Part shown: positions 50,508 to 60,399 of the stretch, piece after piece | Layout of the letters: each line of letters starts with the position of its first letter | How positions within the stretch are numbered: position 1 is the first letter of the stretch | Translations under genes and position numbers: made by a program | Origin: Thermoanaerobaculia bacterium | GTDB lineage: Bacteria; Acidobacteriota; Thermoanaerobaculia; Multivoradales; Multivoraceae | Direction: 5' to 3' | Assembly (NCBI GenBank): GCA_963664405.1 | Contig: OY761158.1 | Coordinates: 6,048,001 to 6,112,000, forward strand | DNA: 64,000 bases | The notes under the pieces: generated by a model | What the model was told of the DNA's origin: nothing | Database searches by the model: none | The model's input: the letters and a program-made list of their open reading frames with translations, nothing else

Positions 50508-52019
50508 TTGCTCATGGGCTCGAAACGAACACGGCGTCGGTTTCTCCAACAGTCCACCCAGCTGGCAGCCGGCGGTGCTCTCGCTGGTCTCGCGGGGGCA
50601 TGTGGCGGCGGAGGTGAGCCCGAAGCCGAGATGTCGTCGCCTGAGGGGAGCACTGTCGACGGCCGACCGAACCTTCTCTTCTTCTTCCCCGACCAGCATC
50701 GCCCTGACTGGCTGGGCTGGGGCAACTACGGCCTACCGCTGGCGACGCCGAACATCGAGCGCCTGGCCCGCACCGGCACCAACTTCACCCGCGCGGTCGT
50801 GCCCTCACCGGTCTGCGCACCGTCGCGCGCCTGCTTGGCATCCGGTAAGGAATACGACCGCTGCGGTGTTCGCAACAACGGGGTCGATTATCCTCTCGAT
50901 CAGACGACCTATTACGGACTGCTTCGGGACGCCGGTTACCACACCCTTGGGGTCGGCAAGCTCGATCTTTCCAAGCCCAGCCACGATTGGGGTATCGATG
51001 GCTCGAACCATGGCGATGCCTGGGGCTTCTCGGCAATGATCAACAGCTGCGGCAAGGGCGACGGGATGGGCGCCTATCTGAGAGAGCCGGTAGGCCCGAA
51101 GGATCCCTATTACGCTTTTCTCGATTCCCTCGAGCCGCCTCAGGGTCGCGCCTGTGCCGACGACTACGCGAAGAGGGGTCGCACGAGGCCCGATGGCTGG
51201 TGGGGTGACAGCTATCCCTGTCCGCTCAGCCCCGAGGCCTACGGCGATAATTGGGTGGCGCAGAACGGTCTCGATCTGCTCGAGCAGGTGCCGGAGGGCA
51301 AGCCCTGGCACCTGGTCATCAACTTTCCCGGTCCACACCCGCCGATGGACATCACCAAAGAGATGGAGCGGCTGGTTCGCGGGCCCGACCGTGTGCTCGA
51401 GGGACTGGGCCAACCTCACAACTACACCGGAAACATGAGCCCGGAGCAGCATGTGGCCCTGCGTCAGAACTATGCGGCGATGATCGAGAACATCGACATG
51501 TGGCTCGGCCGCTACATCGACTGGCTGGAGGAGAAGGGACAGCTCGAGAACACCATCATTGTCTACGCCTCCGATCATGGCGAGCAGCTCGGCGAACACG
51601 ATCTCTGGGGTAAATCGGTGCCCTACCAGGCCTCCCTCGGCGTACCGCTGTTGGCGGCGGGCCCGGGGATTCGGCCAGGGGTGGAGACTGACGCCTTGGC
51701 GAGTACCGTGGACCTCGGGGCCACTTTCCTCGACTACGCAGGTGTCCCCGTACCTTCGGACATGGACAGTCGCTCGCTGCGACCGGTGCTCGAGGGCGCA
51801 ACCGAGACCCACCGCGAGGTCTTGCTCTCGGGCTTATTGACCAGCAGGGGAGATTTTCGACTGGCCTGGGACGGCCGCCGCAAGCTGGTCCGTGATTTCG
51901 GCGAGGAGTGGCAGCTGTGGGACCTCGAGGCCGATCCCCAGGAGGCGCGCAACTTCGCCTCTCAAGAGCCAGACCAGGTGCGTCGTCTGCAGGATTGGCT
52001 GCCGGAGCGACTGGCGTGA
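50508..52019 (+). CDS. Tat-exported sulfatase
   Basis: RRRFL, PDQHR, CAPSR, SDHG. Confidence 0.92.
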   Translation: MLMGSKRTRRRFLQQSTQLAAGGALAGLAGACGGGGEPEAEMSSPEGSTVDGRPNLLFFFPDQHRPDWLGWGNYGLPLATPNIERLARTGTNFTRAVVPSPVCAPSRACLASGKEYDRCGVRNNGVDYPLDQTTYYGLLRDAGYHTLGVGKLDLSKPSHDWGIDGSNHGDAWGFSAMINSCGKGDGMGAYLREPVGPKDPYYAFLDSLEPPQGRACADDYAKRGRTRPDGWWGDSYPCPLSPEAYGDNWVAQNGLDLLEQVPEGKPWHLVINFPGPHPPMDITKEMERLVRGPDRVLEGLGQPHNYTGNMSPEQHVALRQNYAAMIENIDMWLGRYIDWLEEKGQLENTIIVYASDHGEQLGEHDLWGKSVPYQASLGVPLLAAGPGIRPGVETDALASTVDLGATFLDYAGVPVPSDMDSRSLRPVLEGATETHREVLLSGLLTSRGDFRLAWDGRRKLVRDFGEEWQLWDLEADPQEARNFASQEPDQVRRLQDWLPERLA

Positions 52020-53524
52020 GCGGCCCTAGGCGAACACGACGTCAGTTTCTTCGCGAGTCCTCCAAGCTGGCGGCGGGCGGCGCTCTTGCCGGTCTCGCCG
52101 GGGCGTGTGGGGACGGCAACGATCCCGCGGTCGAGATGTCGACGGCTGAGATGCCGTCGAGCGATGGGCGACCCAATTTCCTTTTCTTCTTTCCCGACCA
52201 GCACCGGCCCGATTGGCTCGGTCTCGAGCACTACGATGTGCCGATCTCGACGCCCAATATCGCGCGACTTGCAAGCACTGGGGTGAACCTCCAAAGCGCG
52301 GTCTGCGCGGCACCGACCTGCGCCCCGTCGCGCGCCTGCCTGGCCGGTGGAATGGAATATGACCGCTGTGGCGTGCCCGACAACCAGTTCGATCTGCCTC
52401 TCGATCGGCCCACTTACCACCGTCTACTGCGAGACGCCGGCTACCACACCATGGGCTGCGGCAAGCTCGATCTGTCGAAAGGGTCGAGCGACTGGGGGCT
52501 CGACGGCGGCAACCGTGCCGAGCCCTGGGGCTTCTCGGCGATGATCAACAACGCGGGTAAGGGCGCCGGGATGAAATACCTCCAGGATGATCCGGTCGGG
52601 CCGAGTGACCCCTACTACGCCTACCTCGATTCTCTCGACCCGCCGCAAGGCCGGATCTGCGCTGAAGACATCACCAAAAGGCGCTCCAAGATGCCAGACA
52701 GCTGGTGGGGTGATACCTATCCTTCCCCCCTCGGCCCCGAGGCTTATTGCGACAACTGGGTGGCGCGCAACGGTCTCCAATTGCTCGATCAGGCTCCGGC
52801 GGACAAACCGTGGCATCTGGTCATCAATTTTCCCGGGCCGCACCCGCCCATGGACATCACCCGAGAGATGGAGCGGCAGGTGCGCGGCCCCGACCGCGTT
52901 CTCGAGGGGCTGGGGTTGCCCCATCACTATGGGGGGAACTTCTCTGAAGAGCAGCACCGGCGCTCGCGCCAGAACTACGCCGCCATGATCGAGAACATCG
53001 ACATGTGGCTCGGCCGCTATATGGAGTGGCTGGAGGAGCGGGGACAGCTCGAGAACACCATCATCGTCTACGCCTCCGATCACGGCGAGATGCTCGGCGA
53101 GCATGGACGCTGGGGCAAGGCAGTGCCGTATCGCAGCTCTGTGGGCGTGCCTCTCCTGGCGGCGGGGCCTGGTGTCCGCCAGGGCTTCGAAAGCGCCGCC
53201 CCGGCGTCGATCATGGATCTTGCCGCCACCTTCCTCGACTACGGTGGTGTCGAGGTGCCGGCGGAGATGGACAGCCGCTCGCTGCGACCGCTGCTGTCCG
53301 GCGCGAGCGACAACCACCGAGAGGTCGTGCTCTCCGGCCTGCGTGACTTTCGGATGGCCTGGGACGGTCGATACAAGCTGACTCGCGATTTCGGGGACGA
53401 GGAGTGGCAGCTGTGGGATCTCGAGGCCGACCCTGAGGAGGCGCGGAATCTGGCCTCGCAGCAGCCCGACCAAGTGCGTCGCCTCAAAGAGTGGCTGCCC
53501 GAGCGGGTTGCGAAGGCCGGGTAG
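52016..53524 (+). CDS. Tat-exported sulfatase, tandem paralog
   Basis: RRQFL, CAPSR, SDHG; GTGA overlap with the previous gene. Confidence 0.92.
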   Translation: MSGPRRTRRQFLRESSKLAAGGALAGLAGACGDGNDPAVEMSTAEMPSSDGRPNFLFFFPDQHRPDWLGLEHYDVPISTPNIARLASTGVNLQSAVCAAPTCAPSRACLAGGMEYDRCGVPDNQFDLPLDRPTYHRLLRDAGYHTMGCGKLDLSKGSSDWGLDGGNRAEPWGFSAMINNAGKGAGMKYLQDDPVGPSDPYYAYLDSLDPPQGRICAEDITKRRSKMPDSWWGDTYPSPLGPEAYCDNWVARNGLQLLDQAPADKPWHLVINFPGPHPPMDITREMERQVRGPDRVLEGLGLPHHYGGNFSEEQHRRSRQNYAAMIENIDMWLGRYMEWLEERGQLENTIIVYASDHGEMLGEHGRWGKAVPYRSSVGVPLLAAGPGVRQGFESAAPASIMDLAATFLDYGGVEVPAEMDSRSLRPLLSGASDNHREVVLSGLRDFRMAWDGRYKLTRDFGDEEWQLWDLEADPEEARNLASQQPDQVRRLKEWLPERVAKAG

Positions 53525-53533
53525 AAGGGACTC

Positions 53534-54001
53534 GTGCCCGCTGATCGCCAGGGTCCCCTCGTCGCCGAAGAAGAGCCCTTTTGGCGACGGAAGACGCTGG
53601 CGGAGATGACGCTGGCGGAGTGGGAGTCTCTCTGCGATGGCTGTGCCAAATGCTGCTTGGAAAAGCTCGAAGACTCCGAAACCGGGGAGGTCAGCTATAC
53701 GGAGGTGGCCTGCGAGCTTCTCGATCTCGGATCGTGTCGTTGCACGAACTACCCCGAGCGCCAGCGCCTGGTGCCTGATTGCGTTCAGCTGACGCGCCAT
53801 AATGTTTCGACCTTGCATTGGATGCCGTCGACCTGCGCTTACAGACTCTTGGCCGAGGGGAAAGACTTGGCCGACTGGCACCCCCTGGTGTCCGGTGACC
53901 CCGAAAGCGTTCATCGGGCGGGTGTGTCGGTACGAGGGCGGGTGATCTCGGCTCGGCATGCTGAGAATCTGGACGAACACGTGGTTAGATGGCCGAAGTA
54001 A
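53534..54001 (+). CDS. ycgN: YcgN/UPF0260 cysteine-cluster protein
   Basis: [28 protein letters not shown]. Confidence 0.9.
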   Translation: MPADRQGPLVAEEEPFWRRKTLAEMTLAEWESLCDGCAKCCLEKLEDSETGEVSYTEVACELLDLGSCRCTNYPERQRLVPDCVQLTRHNVSTLHWMPSTCAYRLLAEGKDLADWHPLVSGDPESVHRAGVSVRGRVISARHAENLDEHVVRWPK

Positions 54002-54013
54002 GGAGAAAGAGAA

Positions 54014-54973
54014 TTGGCCGAGAGACCAGAGATCTTGAAGGGCGTTTTCGCCGCCGTATTGACGCCTCTCCTCGAGGACCTCTCACCGGATGTCGAGACC
54101 CACGCGGCCCACTGTCGTTGGTTGTTGGAGAACGGATGTGACGGCCTGGCTGTCCTCGGTACCACCGGCGAAGCGAACTCGTTCTCCGTCGCTGAGCGTG
54201 TCGCCATCCTCGAAGGCCTGGTGGCCGAAGGCATTCCCGCGCAGACGATGATGCCGGGCACCGGATGTTGCTCGATCACCGACAATGTGACTCTGGCGAG
54301 GAGAGCTGTCGAGTTGGGCGCTTCTGGGGTCTTGATGCTGCCGCCCTTCTACTACAAGGACGTCAGCGACGACGGCCTTTTCGCAGCCTACTCCGAGACC
54401 ATCCAGCGGGTCGGCGACGGCCGACTGCGCATTTACCTCTACCACATCCCTCCACAGTCCAAGACCCCGATCAGCTTCGATCTCATCGAGCGTCTGTTGA
54501 AGGCTTACCCGGAGACGGTGGTGGGGATGAAAGACAGCTCCGGTGTTTTCGACAACATGGCGAGGGCGGCGCGGTCGTTCCCCGGTTTCGCCGTCTTTAC
54601 CGGTGCCGACCATCTACTGCTCGATCTGATGCAGGCCGGCGGTGTCGGCTGCATCACCGCGGCGTGCAATCTCGCGCCGCACTGGTTGCAGGATATTTTT
54701 CAAGAGTGGCGCGGTGAGGAGGCGGAGGAGCTGCAGAACCGCATGACAGGTCTTCGCGAGATCATCGCTTCCTTTCCGCTCGTGCCAGGCCTGCGCGCGA
54801 TTATGGCTCGCGAATCGGGCGACGACACCTGGCGCCGGCCGCGACCACCTCTCATGACCCTCGGCCAGGGACGATGTCAGGAGCTGTACAGAAAGCTGGA
54901 TGATCTCGGTTTCCGCATGCCTGCCGAGGCGGCGGCAGGGGGCCCGGATCGCTTAGCCGCGTCGACGTCTTGA
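54014..54973 (+). CDS. Dihydrodipicolinate synthase/N-acetylneuraminate lyase family aldolase
   Basis: GTTGE, PPFYYK, YHIP, MKDSSG. Confidence 0.9.
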   Translation: MAERPEILKGVFAAVLTPLLEDLSPDVETHAAHCRWLLENGCDGLAVLGTTGEANSFSVAERVAILEGLVAEGIPAQTMMPGTGCCSITDNVTLARRAVELGASGVLMLPPFYYKDVSDDGLFAAYSETIQRVGDGRLRIYLYHIPPQSKTPISFDLIERLLKAYPETVVGMKDSSGVFDNMARAARSFPGFAVFTGADHLLLDLMQAGGVGCITAACNLAPHWLQDIFQEWRGEEAEELQNRMTGLREIIASFPLVPGLRAIMARESGDDTWRRPRPPLMTLGQGRCQELYRKLDDLGFRMPAEAAAGGPDRLAASTS

Positions 54974-56406
54974 ACTCGGCGAGGGCAGAGGGCTCGCTGA
55001 TGACCAAGCTCCTACTCGTCGCTCAGGTCATCGCTCTCACGGTTCTCAGTTCCTTGCCGCTGGCTGCTCAGGATCCGTCTCCGAATATCCTCTTCATAGC
55101 GGTCGATGATCTCAACGATTGGGTGGGGCACCTCGGGAGACACCCGCAGGCGAATACACCCAATATCGATCGACTGGCGCGGCGGGGCGTGTCGTTTACC
55201 AAGGCCTATGCTTCGGCGCCCTTGTGTAATCCCTCCAGAGTCAGCCTCCTGACGGGACTCTTGCCGTCGAGCTCCGGCGTTTATGGCAACGGCGAAGAGT
55301 TTCGGGAAAAACTACCCGCGGCGACAACCCTGATGCAGCATCTGAGGACGCACGGCTATTCAGCTCAAGGCGGCGGCAAGATTTTTCACGGTGCCGGCAG
55401 GATCGGGGACCCCGCGTCGTGGGACTACTACCATCAGCCCCCTCGACCGAGTGGTGCGAGGCATGTTGGCGAAAGGCAAGGAGGTTTGGCGGAGTCCGCG
55501 TGGGCTCCGTGGGGGCCGCTGGACGTGGACGACTCGGAAATGTACGACGTCAAGATCGTCGATTGGACGATCTCCGAGTTGCAGAAATCACACAACAAGC
55601 CGTTCTTCCTGGCTTGCGGTTTTACGAAACCGCATCTGCCTTGGTATGTGCCGAAGAAGTACTTCGACATGCATCCGCTGGCGAAGATCAAGCTCCCCGA
55701 CACCTTGGATGAAGATCGAGATGACCTTCCAGCATTCGGCAAGAAACTGGCCGCTGAGGTGTACCAGGCGTCGACTTCCGTGAGCTTCAGCGCTCATGGT
55801 GAGGACCACGCCATGGTGTTGAAACACGATCAGTGGCACCGAGCGGTGCAGAGCTATCTGGCTACGATCAGTTTTGTCGATGCGCATGTCGGCAGGTTGC
55901 TCGACGCCCTGGAGGAGAGCGAGCACGCAGACAACACGATCGTCGTTCTGTGGGGCGATCATGGTTGGCATCTCGGTCAGAAGCAGCATTGGCGAAAACA
56001 TGCGCTGTGGGAGGTAGCAACTCGCACAACGCTGATCATTTCCGCGCCCGGTAGGGACAATTGGGGCGCAGTCAGCCCTCGTCCGGTGAGTCTGATCGAT
56101 CTCTACCCGACCCTGGTCGAGCTCTCGGGGATACCGGGCCGAAGTGGGTTGGACGGGCAGAGCTTGGTGCCGCTCCTCGAGAATCCACAATTAGAATGGC
56201 AGCGACCTGTTCTGACCACCTATGGCTACCAGAATCACTCCATCCGCACCGAACGGTGGCGCTACATTCGGTACCATGATGGTGGTGAAGAGCTCTATGA
56301 TCATGACGCGGACCCGAATGAGTGGACCAACCTGGCTCTCTCGGCCCAATATGGTTCCTTGATCAACGAGCTCGGGAAATTCCTTCCAGCCACGAATGTC
56401 AGATAG
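54970..56406 (+). CDS. Sulfatase (iduronate/choline sulfatase-like)
   Basis: IAVDDL, CNPSR, GKIFH, KPHLP, GDHGW. Confidence 0.92.
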   Translation: MNSARAEGSLMTKLLLVAQVIALTVLSSLPLAAQDPSPNILFIAVDDLNDWVGHLGRHPQANTPNIDRLARRGVSFTKAYASAPLCNPSRVSLLTGLLPSSSGVYGNGEEFREKLPAATTLMQHLRTHGYSAQGGGKIFHGAGRIGDPASWDYYHQPPRPSGARHVGERQGGLAESAWAPWGPLDVDDSEMYDVKIVDWTISELQKSHNKPFFLACGFTKPHLPWYVPKKYFDMHPLAKIKLPDTLDEDRDDLPAFGKKLAAEVYQASTSVSFSAHGEDHAMVLKHDQWHRAVQSYLATISFVDAHVGRLLDALEESEHADNTIVVLWGDHGWHLGQKQHWRKHALWEVATRTTLIISAPGRDNWGAVSPRPVSLIDLYPTLVELSGIPGRSGLDGQSLVPLLENPQLEWQRPVLTTYGYQNHSIRTERWRYIRYHDGGEELYDHDADPNEWTNLALSAQYGSLINELGKFLPATNVR

Positions 56407-56487
56407 CAGGAACCGGGTCTGGGCTACGCGCCGGCTGTTTTGAAGAAGATGGGCTCGGGTCCGGTGTAGACTGCTTGCTTCAGTCAA

Positions 56488-57903
56488 TTGACTATGGGAG
56501 TCGAAATGCGGACATCGCTCGCAGGCTTTCTCTTGGCAACGGCCGTGGCGCTCTGTGCGACGACGGCGGTGCTCTACGGCGCGGCGGATGGCGGCGAAAA
56601 ACCGAACCTGATCTTCCTCTTCTCCGATCAGCATCGGATGGCGGACTTTCCCGGCGAGCCCCATAGCGACGTCATTGCCCCCAACCTCGAGCGTCTCTCT
56701 CGCGGGGGCGCGACCTTCGTCAACGCCATCTCCAACTATCCGGTGTGTTCGCCCTACCGGGGCATGCTGATCAGCGGACGGGCACCGTTCAGGACCGGGG
56801 TGGTCGAGAACCGGATTCGGCTGCGCGACGAGGGTGACTCCTTCGGGCACGTCTTCAAGAACGCCGGCTACCGCACCGGCTACATCGGCAAGTGGCATCT
56901 TGCGGGAGAGGACGCGCCGGAGCAGGGCCACCACGGTTTCGAGCACTACCAGCCGTGGATCGGCACGAGTCAACATACAAAGTCTTCCTATTGGGATTCG
57001 AAGAGCGGGCGCTACGTCCGCACTCCCGAGTACAACCCCATTGGAATGGTGGATCAGGCTCTGTCTTTCATCGAGGAGCGAAAGGGGGAGCCGTTCCTGC
57101 TGATGGTGTCGATGAACCCCCCGCACGCGAACTTCTTCGACGCACCTCCTGAGTTCCAGCGCCTCTACCAGGGGAAGGAGCTCTCGCGCCGCCCCAACTT
57201 TCAGCCCGATGAGGATCCCGACCCGGGAGCGAGTCGGCAAGCCGCGCCGACGAAGAAAGAGCTCGACCGAGTCATGAGGGGCTATCTGGCTCACATCTCG
57301 GCTCTCGACCACGAGCTCGGCCGGCTGCTCGACTGGCTCGAGGAGAACGATCTGGCTTCGAAGACGATCGTGGTCTACAGCTCCGACCACGGAGAAATGC
57401 ACGGATCCCATGGCTCGGCGGGGAAGCGTCAGCCCTTCGAAGAGTCGATCCGCATCCCCTTCGTGGTTCTTGCTCCTGGGCGTGTCTCGCCCGGCCTTCG
57501 GCCTGAAACGCCGATCGGGAATGTCGATTTCCTGCCGACGCTCGCCTCTCTTGCCGGGGTTCCCTTCCCCGATGACCTCGATGGTCGCGACCTCTCCGCG
57601 GCCCTGCGCGGGGAAGAGGTTGCCGGCCCCGACTACCAGCCAATCATGCACATTTTCAACGATCTTGCGGGAGCGGGGCCGGGTCATCCCGCTCCGATCT
57701 TCCGTGGAGTACGCACCCAACGCTACGCCTACGCTGCTGCCCCCGGGCGCCACTTCATGCTCTACGATCTCGAGCGTGACCCCTACCAGCTCCACAATCT
57801 GGTTGACGAGCCGGCCAACGCCGAGCTTCGCGGGCGCCTTGCCGGGTTGACGGCGGAATGGCTGAAGAGGTGGGACGATCCGTTTCTGATGCCGAGGCAA
57901 TAG
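56488..57903 (+). CDS. Sulfatase
   Basis: SDQHR, CSPYR, GKWHL, SDHG. Confidence 0.92.
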   Translation: MTMGVEMRTSLAGFLLATAVALCATTAVLYGAADGGEKPNLIFLFSDQHRMADFPGEPHSDVIAPNLERLSRGGATFVNAISNYPVCSPYRGMLISGRAPFRTGVVENRIRLRDEGDSFGHVFKNAGYRTGYIGKWHLAGEDAPEQGHHGFEHYQPWIGTSQHTKSSYWDSKSGRYVRTPEYNPIGMVDQALSFIEERKGEPFLLMVSMNPPHANFFDAPPEFQRLYQGKELSRRPNFQPDEDPDPGASRQAAPTKKELDRVMRGYLAHISALDHELGRLLDWLEENDLASKTIVVYSSDHGEMHGSHGSAGKRQPFEESIRIPFVVLAPGRVSPGLRPETPIGNVDFLPTLASLAGVPFPDDLDGRDLSAALRGEEVAGPDYQPIMHIFNDLAGAGPGHPAPIFRGVRTQRYAYAAAPGRHFMLYDLERDPYQLHNLVDEPANAELRGRLAGLTAEWLKRWDDPFLMPRQ

Positions 57904-57915
57904 GAGACCTCGCGA

Positions 57916-58866
57916 ATGGATGGCAAGTGCTGCACGCCGGGGCGAAGCCCAGAGTCCTCTGACGTCGTTGTGCCCCAACCGGCGCCAAGCGAGGTTTCAG
58001 TCGGCAACGACGGGCGGAAGAGGGTCACGATCGAAGGCGGCTGCTTCCTGATGGGGACGAACTCGGAGGAAGCGTTCCCCGACGACGGCGAGGGACCCGC
58101 CCGCGAGATCGAGGTCGATACCTTCGAGATCGACATCTGTGCGGTCGACAACCGGAGTTTTGCCGCCTTTGTCGACGCCACCGAGTATGTGACCGACAGC
58201 GAGCGATTCGGCTGGTCGTTCGTCTTCGAGGGGAGATTGTCACGCAAGCTCAGGCAGACGGCGATCGAGGGTCGAGTGCCTTGCGCACCCTGGTGGTGCA
58301 AAATCTCCGGCGCCGACTGGCGCCACCCCGAGGGTCCGGGCTCGACGATCACACGGAGGCCCGATCATCCGGTAGTGCAGGTCTCCTATAACGATGCCCT
58401 GGCCTACTGCCGCTGGGCGGGCTGTCGGCTGCCTACCGAGGCGGAGTGGGAGTTTGCGGCGCGTGGCGGCCTCGAAGAGAAGAACTTTCCCTGGGGAGAT
58501 GAGCTCGAGGCCGGGGGAGAGCACCGCTGTAACGTTTGGCAGGGCGAATTCCCGGAGCGCGACCTGGGCGACGATGGGTATCGCGGCACCTGCCCCGTCG
58601 ACGCCTTCGAGCCCAACGGCTTCGGCCTCTACAACGTCTCGGGCAATGTGTGGGATTGGTGCGCCGATTGGTGGGACACGCGCCTCCCGGAGGCGGGCTC
58701 TCGCAATCCGACAGGCCCAGAGATCGGCACCGCGCGAGTCATCAAGGGCGGCTCTCACCTCTGTCACGTTTCCTACTGCAACCGCTACCGGGTCTCGGCG
58801 CGGACCAGCAATACGCCAGACAGCGCCACGGGGCACATGAGTTTTCGCTGTGCTGCCGATGTTTGA
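57916..58866 (+). CDS. Formylglycine-generating enzyme
   Basis: RLPTEAEWEFAARGG, GNVW.W, GGSHLCH.SYCNRYR (catalytic Cys pair). Confidence 0.93.
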   Translation: MDGKCCTPGRSPESSDVVVPQPAPSEVSVGNDGRKRVTIEGGCFLMGTNSEEAFPDDGEGPAREIEVDTFEIDICAVDNRSFAAFVDATEYVTDSERFGWSFVFEGRLSRKLRQTAIEGRVPCAPWWCKISGADWRHPEGPGSTITRRPDHPVVQVSYNDALAYCRWAGCRLPTEAEWEFAARGGLEEKNFPWGDELEAGGEHRCNVWQGEFPERDLGDDGYRGTCPVDAFEPNGFGLYNVSGNVWDWCADWWDTRLPEAGSRNPTGPEIGTARVIKGGSHLCHVSYCNRYRVSARTSNTPDSATGHMSFRCAADV

Positions 58867-60376
58867 GGCAGAGGCACGACCGATACGGGCCTTGCTTCTG
58901 GCGGGTGGCCTCTTGGCCTGCTCCGGGCCGGTGGTAGAGGACGTCGAATCGGTGCCTGAGAGCTCCCCGTCGACGATTGCCGTCGGCGATACGTCGACTC
59001 GAGCTCGGGCCGCCGACGGCAGTTTCATCTCATGGAGAGAGCACCTCATCGATGACCGCGAGCTCGGCGGTGTGGCGATCAGCGGCAGCGATGGCTTGGC
59101 GATGGCGGATCTGGATCTCGACGGTTTTCTCGACATCGCTTCTGTCCATGAGTCGGACACCGAATACGACGGTGTGGCCGATGGTCATGTACGCCTCGCC
59201 TTCGGCAGCGCCGATCCCGACCGCTGGCAGCTGCGAACCGTAGCGGAAGGCGAGAGAGCCGCGGCGCCCGAGGACGTGGTGATCACCGATCTCACCGGCG
59301 ATGGATACCCTGACTTGGTAGTGGCGTGCGAGCTGGCCCACGTGCTTTTCCTGGCCAACCCCGGTCCAGACGCCCGTACGGCACCCTGGCCGCACCTTGT
59401 TCTCCCGGGCACACTCGGCCGCGGCTCCTTCATTCGTGTCGCCGCCGGGGACCTCGACGGCGACGGGCGAGCCGAGGTGGCCGCTGCCAACAAAGGAGCC
59501 CAGAACCCGGGGCAGGTGGAACGGACGCCGGGGCCGATCTCTTGGTTCTCGATCGAAGGCGATCCGCTCCAGGGTGCCTCCTGGGTGGAGCACGAGCTGA
59601 TCCGGGTCGATTGGCCGATCAATGTCGAGATGGTCGATCTCGACGCGGACGGCGACCTCGATCTCTTCGCCGGCTCACGCGGCGAGTTCCGAGTGATGTG
59701 GTTCGAGAACACGGGTGCGTCGCCAATCGCTTTCGAATATCACGAGATCGAGATTTCCGGTCGCACCGAGGCACTCGAGCCTCGCCCGCCGGCCTTTCCT
59801 ACCGATCGCGCCATCGCTGCTGGTTTCAACGTTGCCTTTTGGGACTTCAACGGCGATGGGAGGCTGGATCTGGCGGTACGTGAAGGCGATTTCCTGGTCT
59901 GGCTCGAGCAGCCCGAGCTCATCGATTCGGCGTGGGCTCTGCACTCGATAGGCAGCATCACACCTGACAGCGTGGTGGGCTTCACGGTGGCCGACATCAA
60001 TGGCGACGGTAGGAGCGACGTCTTCGTCGGGGCCTACAGTGCCGGCCCGCGCGATCACGACGGCGACGTCGGCCCCGGGGATGCGCTCGGTGGTTTGGCC
60101 TGGTTCGAGAACACCGGCGAGGTGGGCGATCCGTGGATTCGGCACGATGTTTCTCGCCGCAAACGCGGAATGTTCGACGAGCTCATCGCTCGCGACATGG
60201 ACGGTGACGGTGATCTCGACTTCGTCGGGACCCGCGGCAACAGTGCACCGTGGGACGGCGTTTTCTGGCTCGAGCAGGTGCGCAGCGAAGCGGCCGGCCC
60301 AAGTTTCGAACGTGCGAGATCGCAGGACAGTGAAGAGATGACCCGTCCCCTTCATGAGTATCTGTGGACTCTCTAA
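58859..60376 (+). CDS. FG-GAP/VCBS repeat lipoprotein
   Basis: Repeated D.DGDG..D motifs, lipobox LLAC. Confidence 0.85.
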   Translation: MFEAEARPIRALLLAGGLLACSGPVVEDVESVPESSPSTIAVGDTSTRARAADGSFISWREHLIDDRELGGVAISGSDGLAMADLDLDGFLDIASVHESDTEYDGVADGHVRLAFGSADPDRWQLRTVAEGERAAAPEDVVITDLTGDGYPDLVVACELAHVLFLANPGPDARTAPWPHLVLPGTLGRGSFIRVAAGDLDGDGRAEVAAANKGAQNPGQVERTPGPISWFSIEGDPLQGASWVEHELIRVDWPINVEMVDLDADGDLDLFAGSRGEFRVMWFENTGASPIAFEYHEIEISGRTEALEPRPPAFPTDRAIAAGFNVAFWDFNGDGRLDLAVREGDFLVWLEQPELIDSAWALHSIGSITPDSVVGFTVADINGDGRSDVFVGAYSAGPRDHDGDVGPGDALGGLAWFENTGEVGDPWIRHDVSRRKRGMFDELIARDMDGDGDLDFVGTRGNSAPWDGVFWLEQVRSEAAGPSFERARSQDSEEMTRPLHEYLWTL

Positions 60377-60399
60377 CCGCTATCGAGAGGAATCTAACG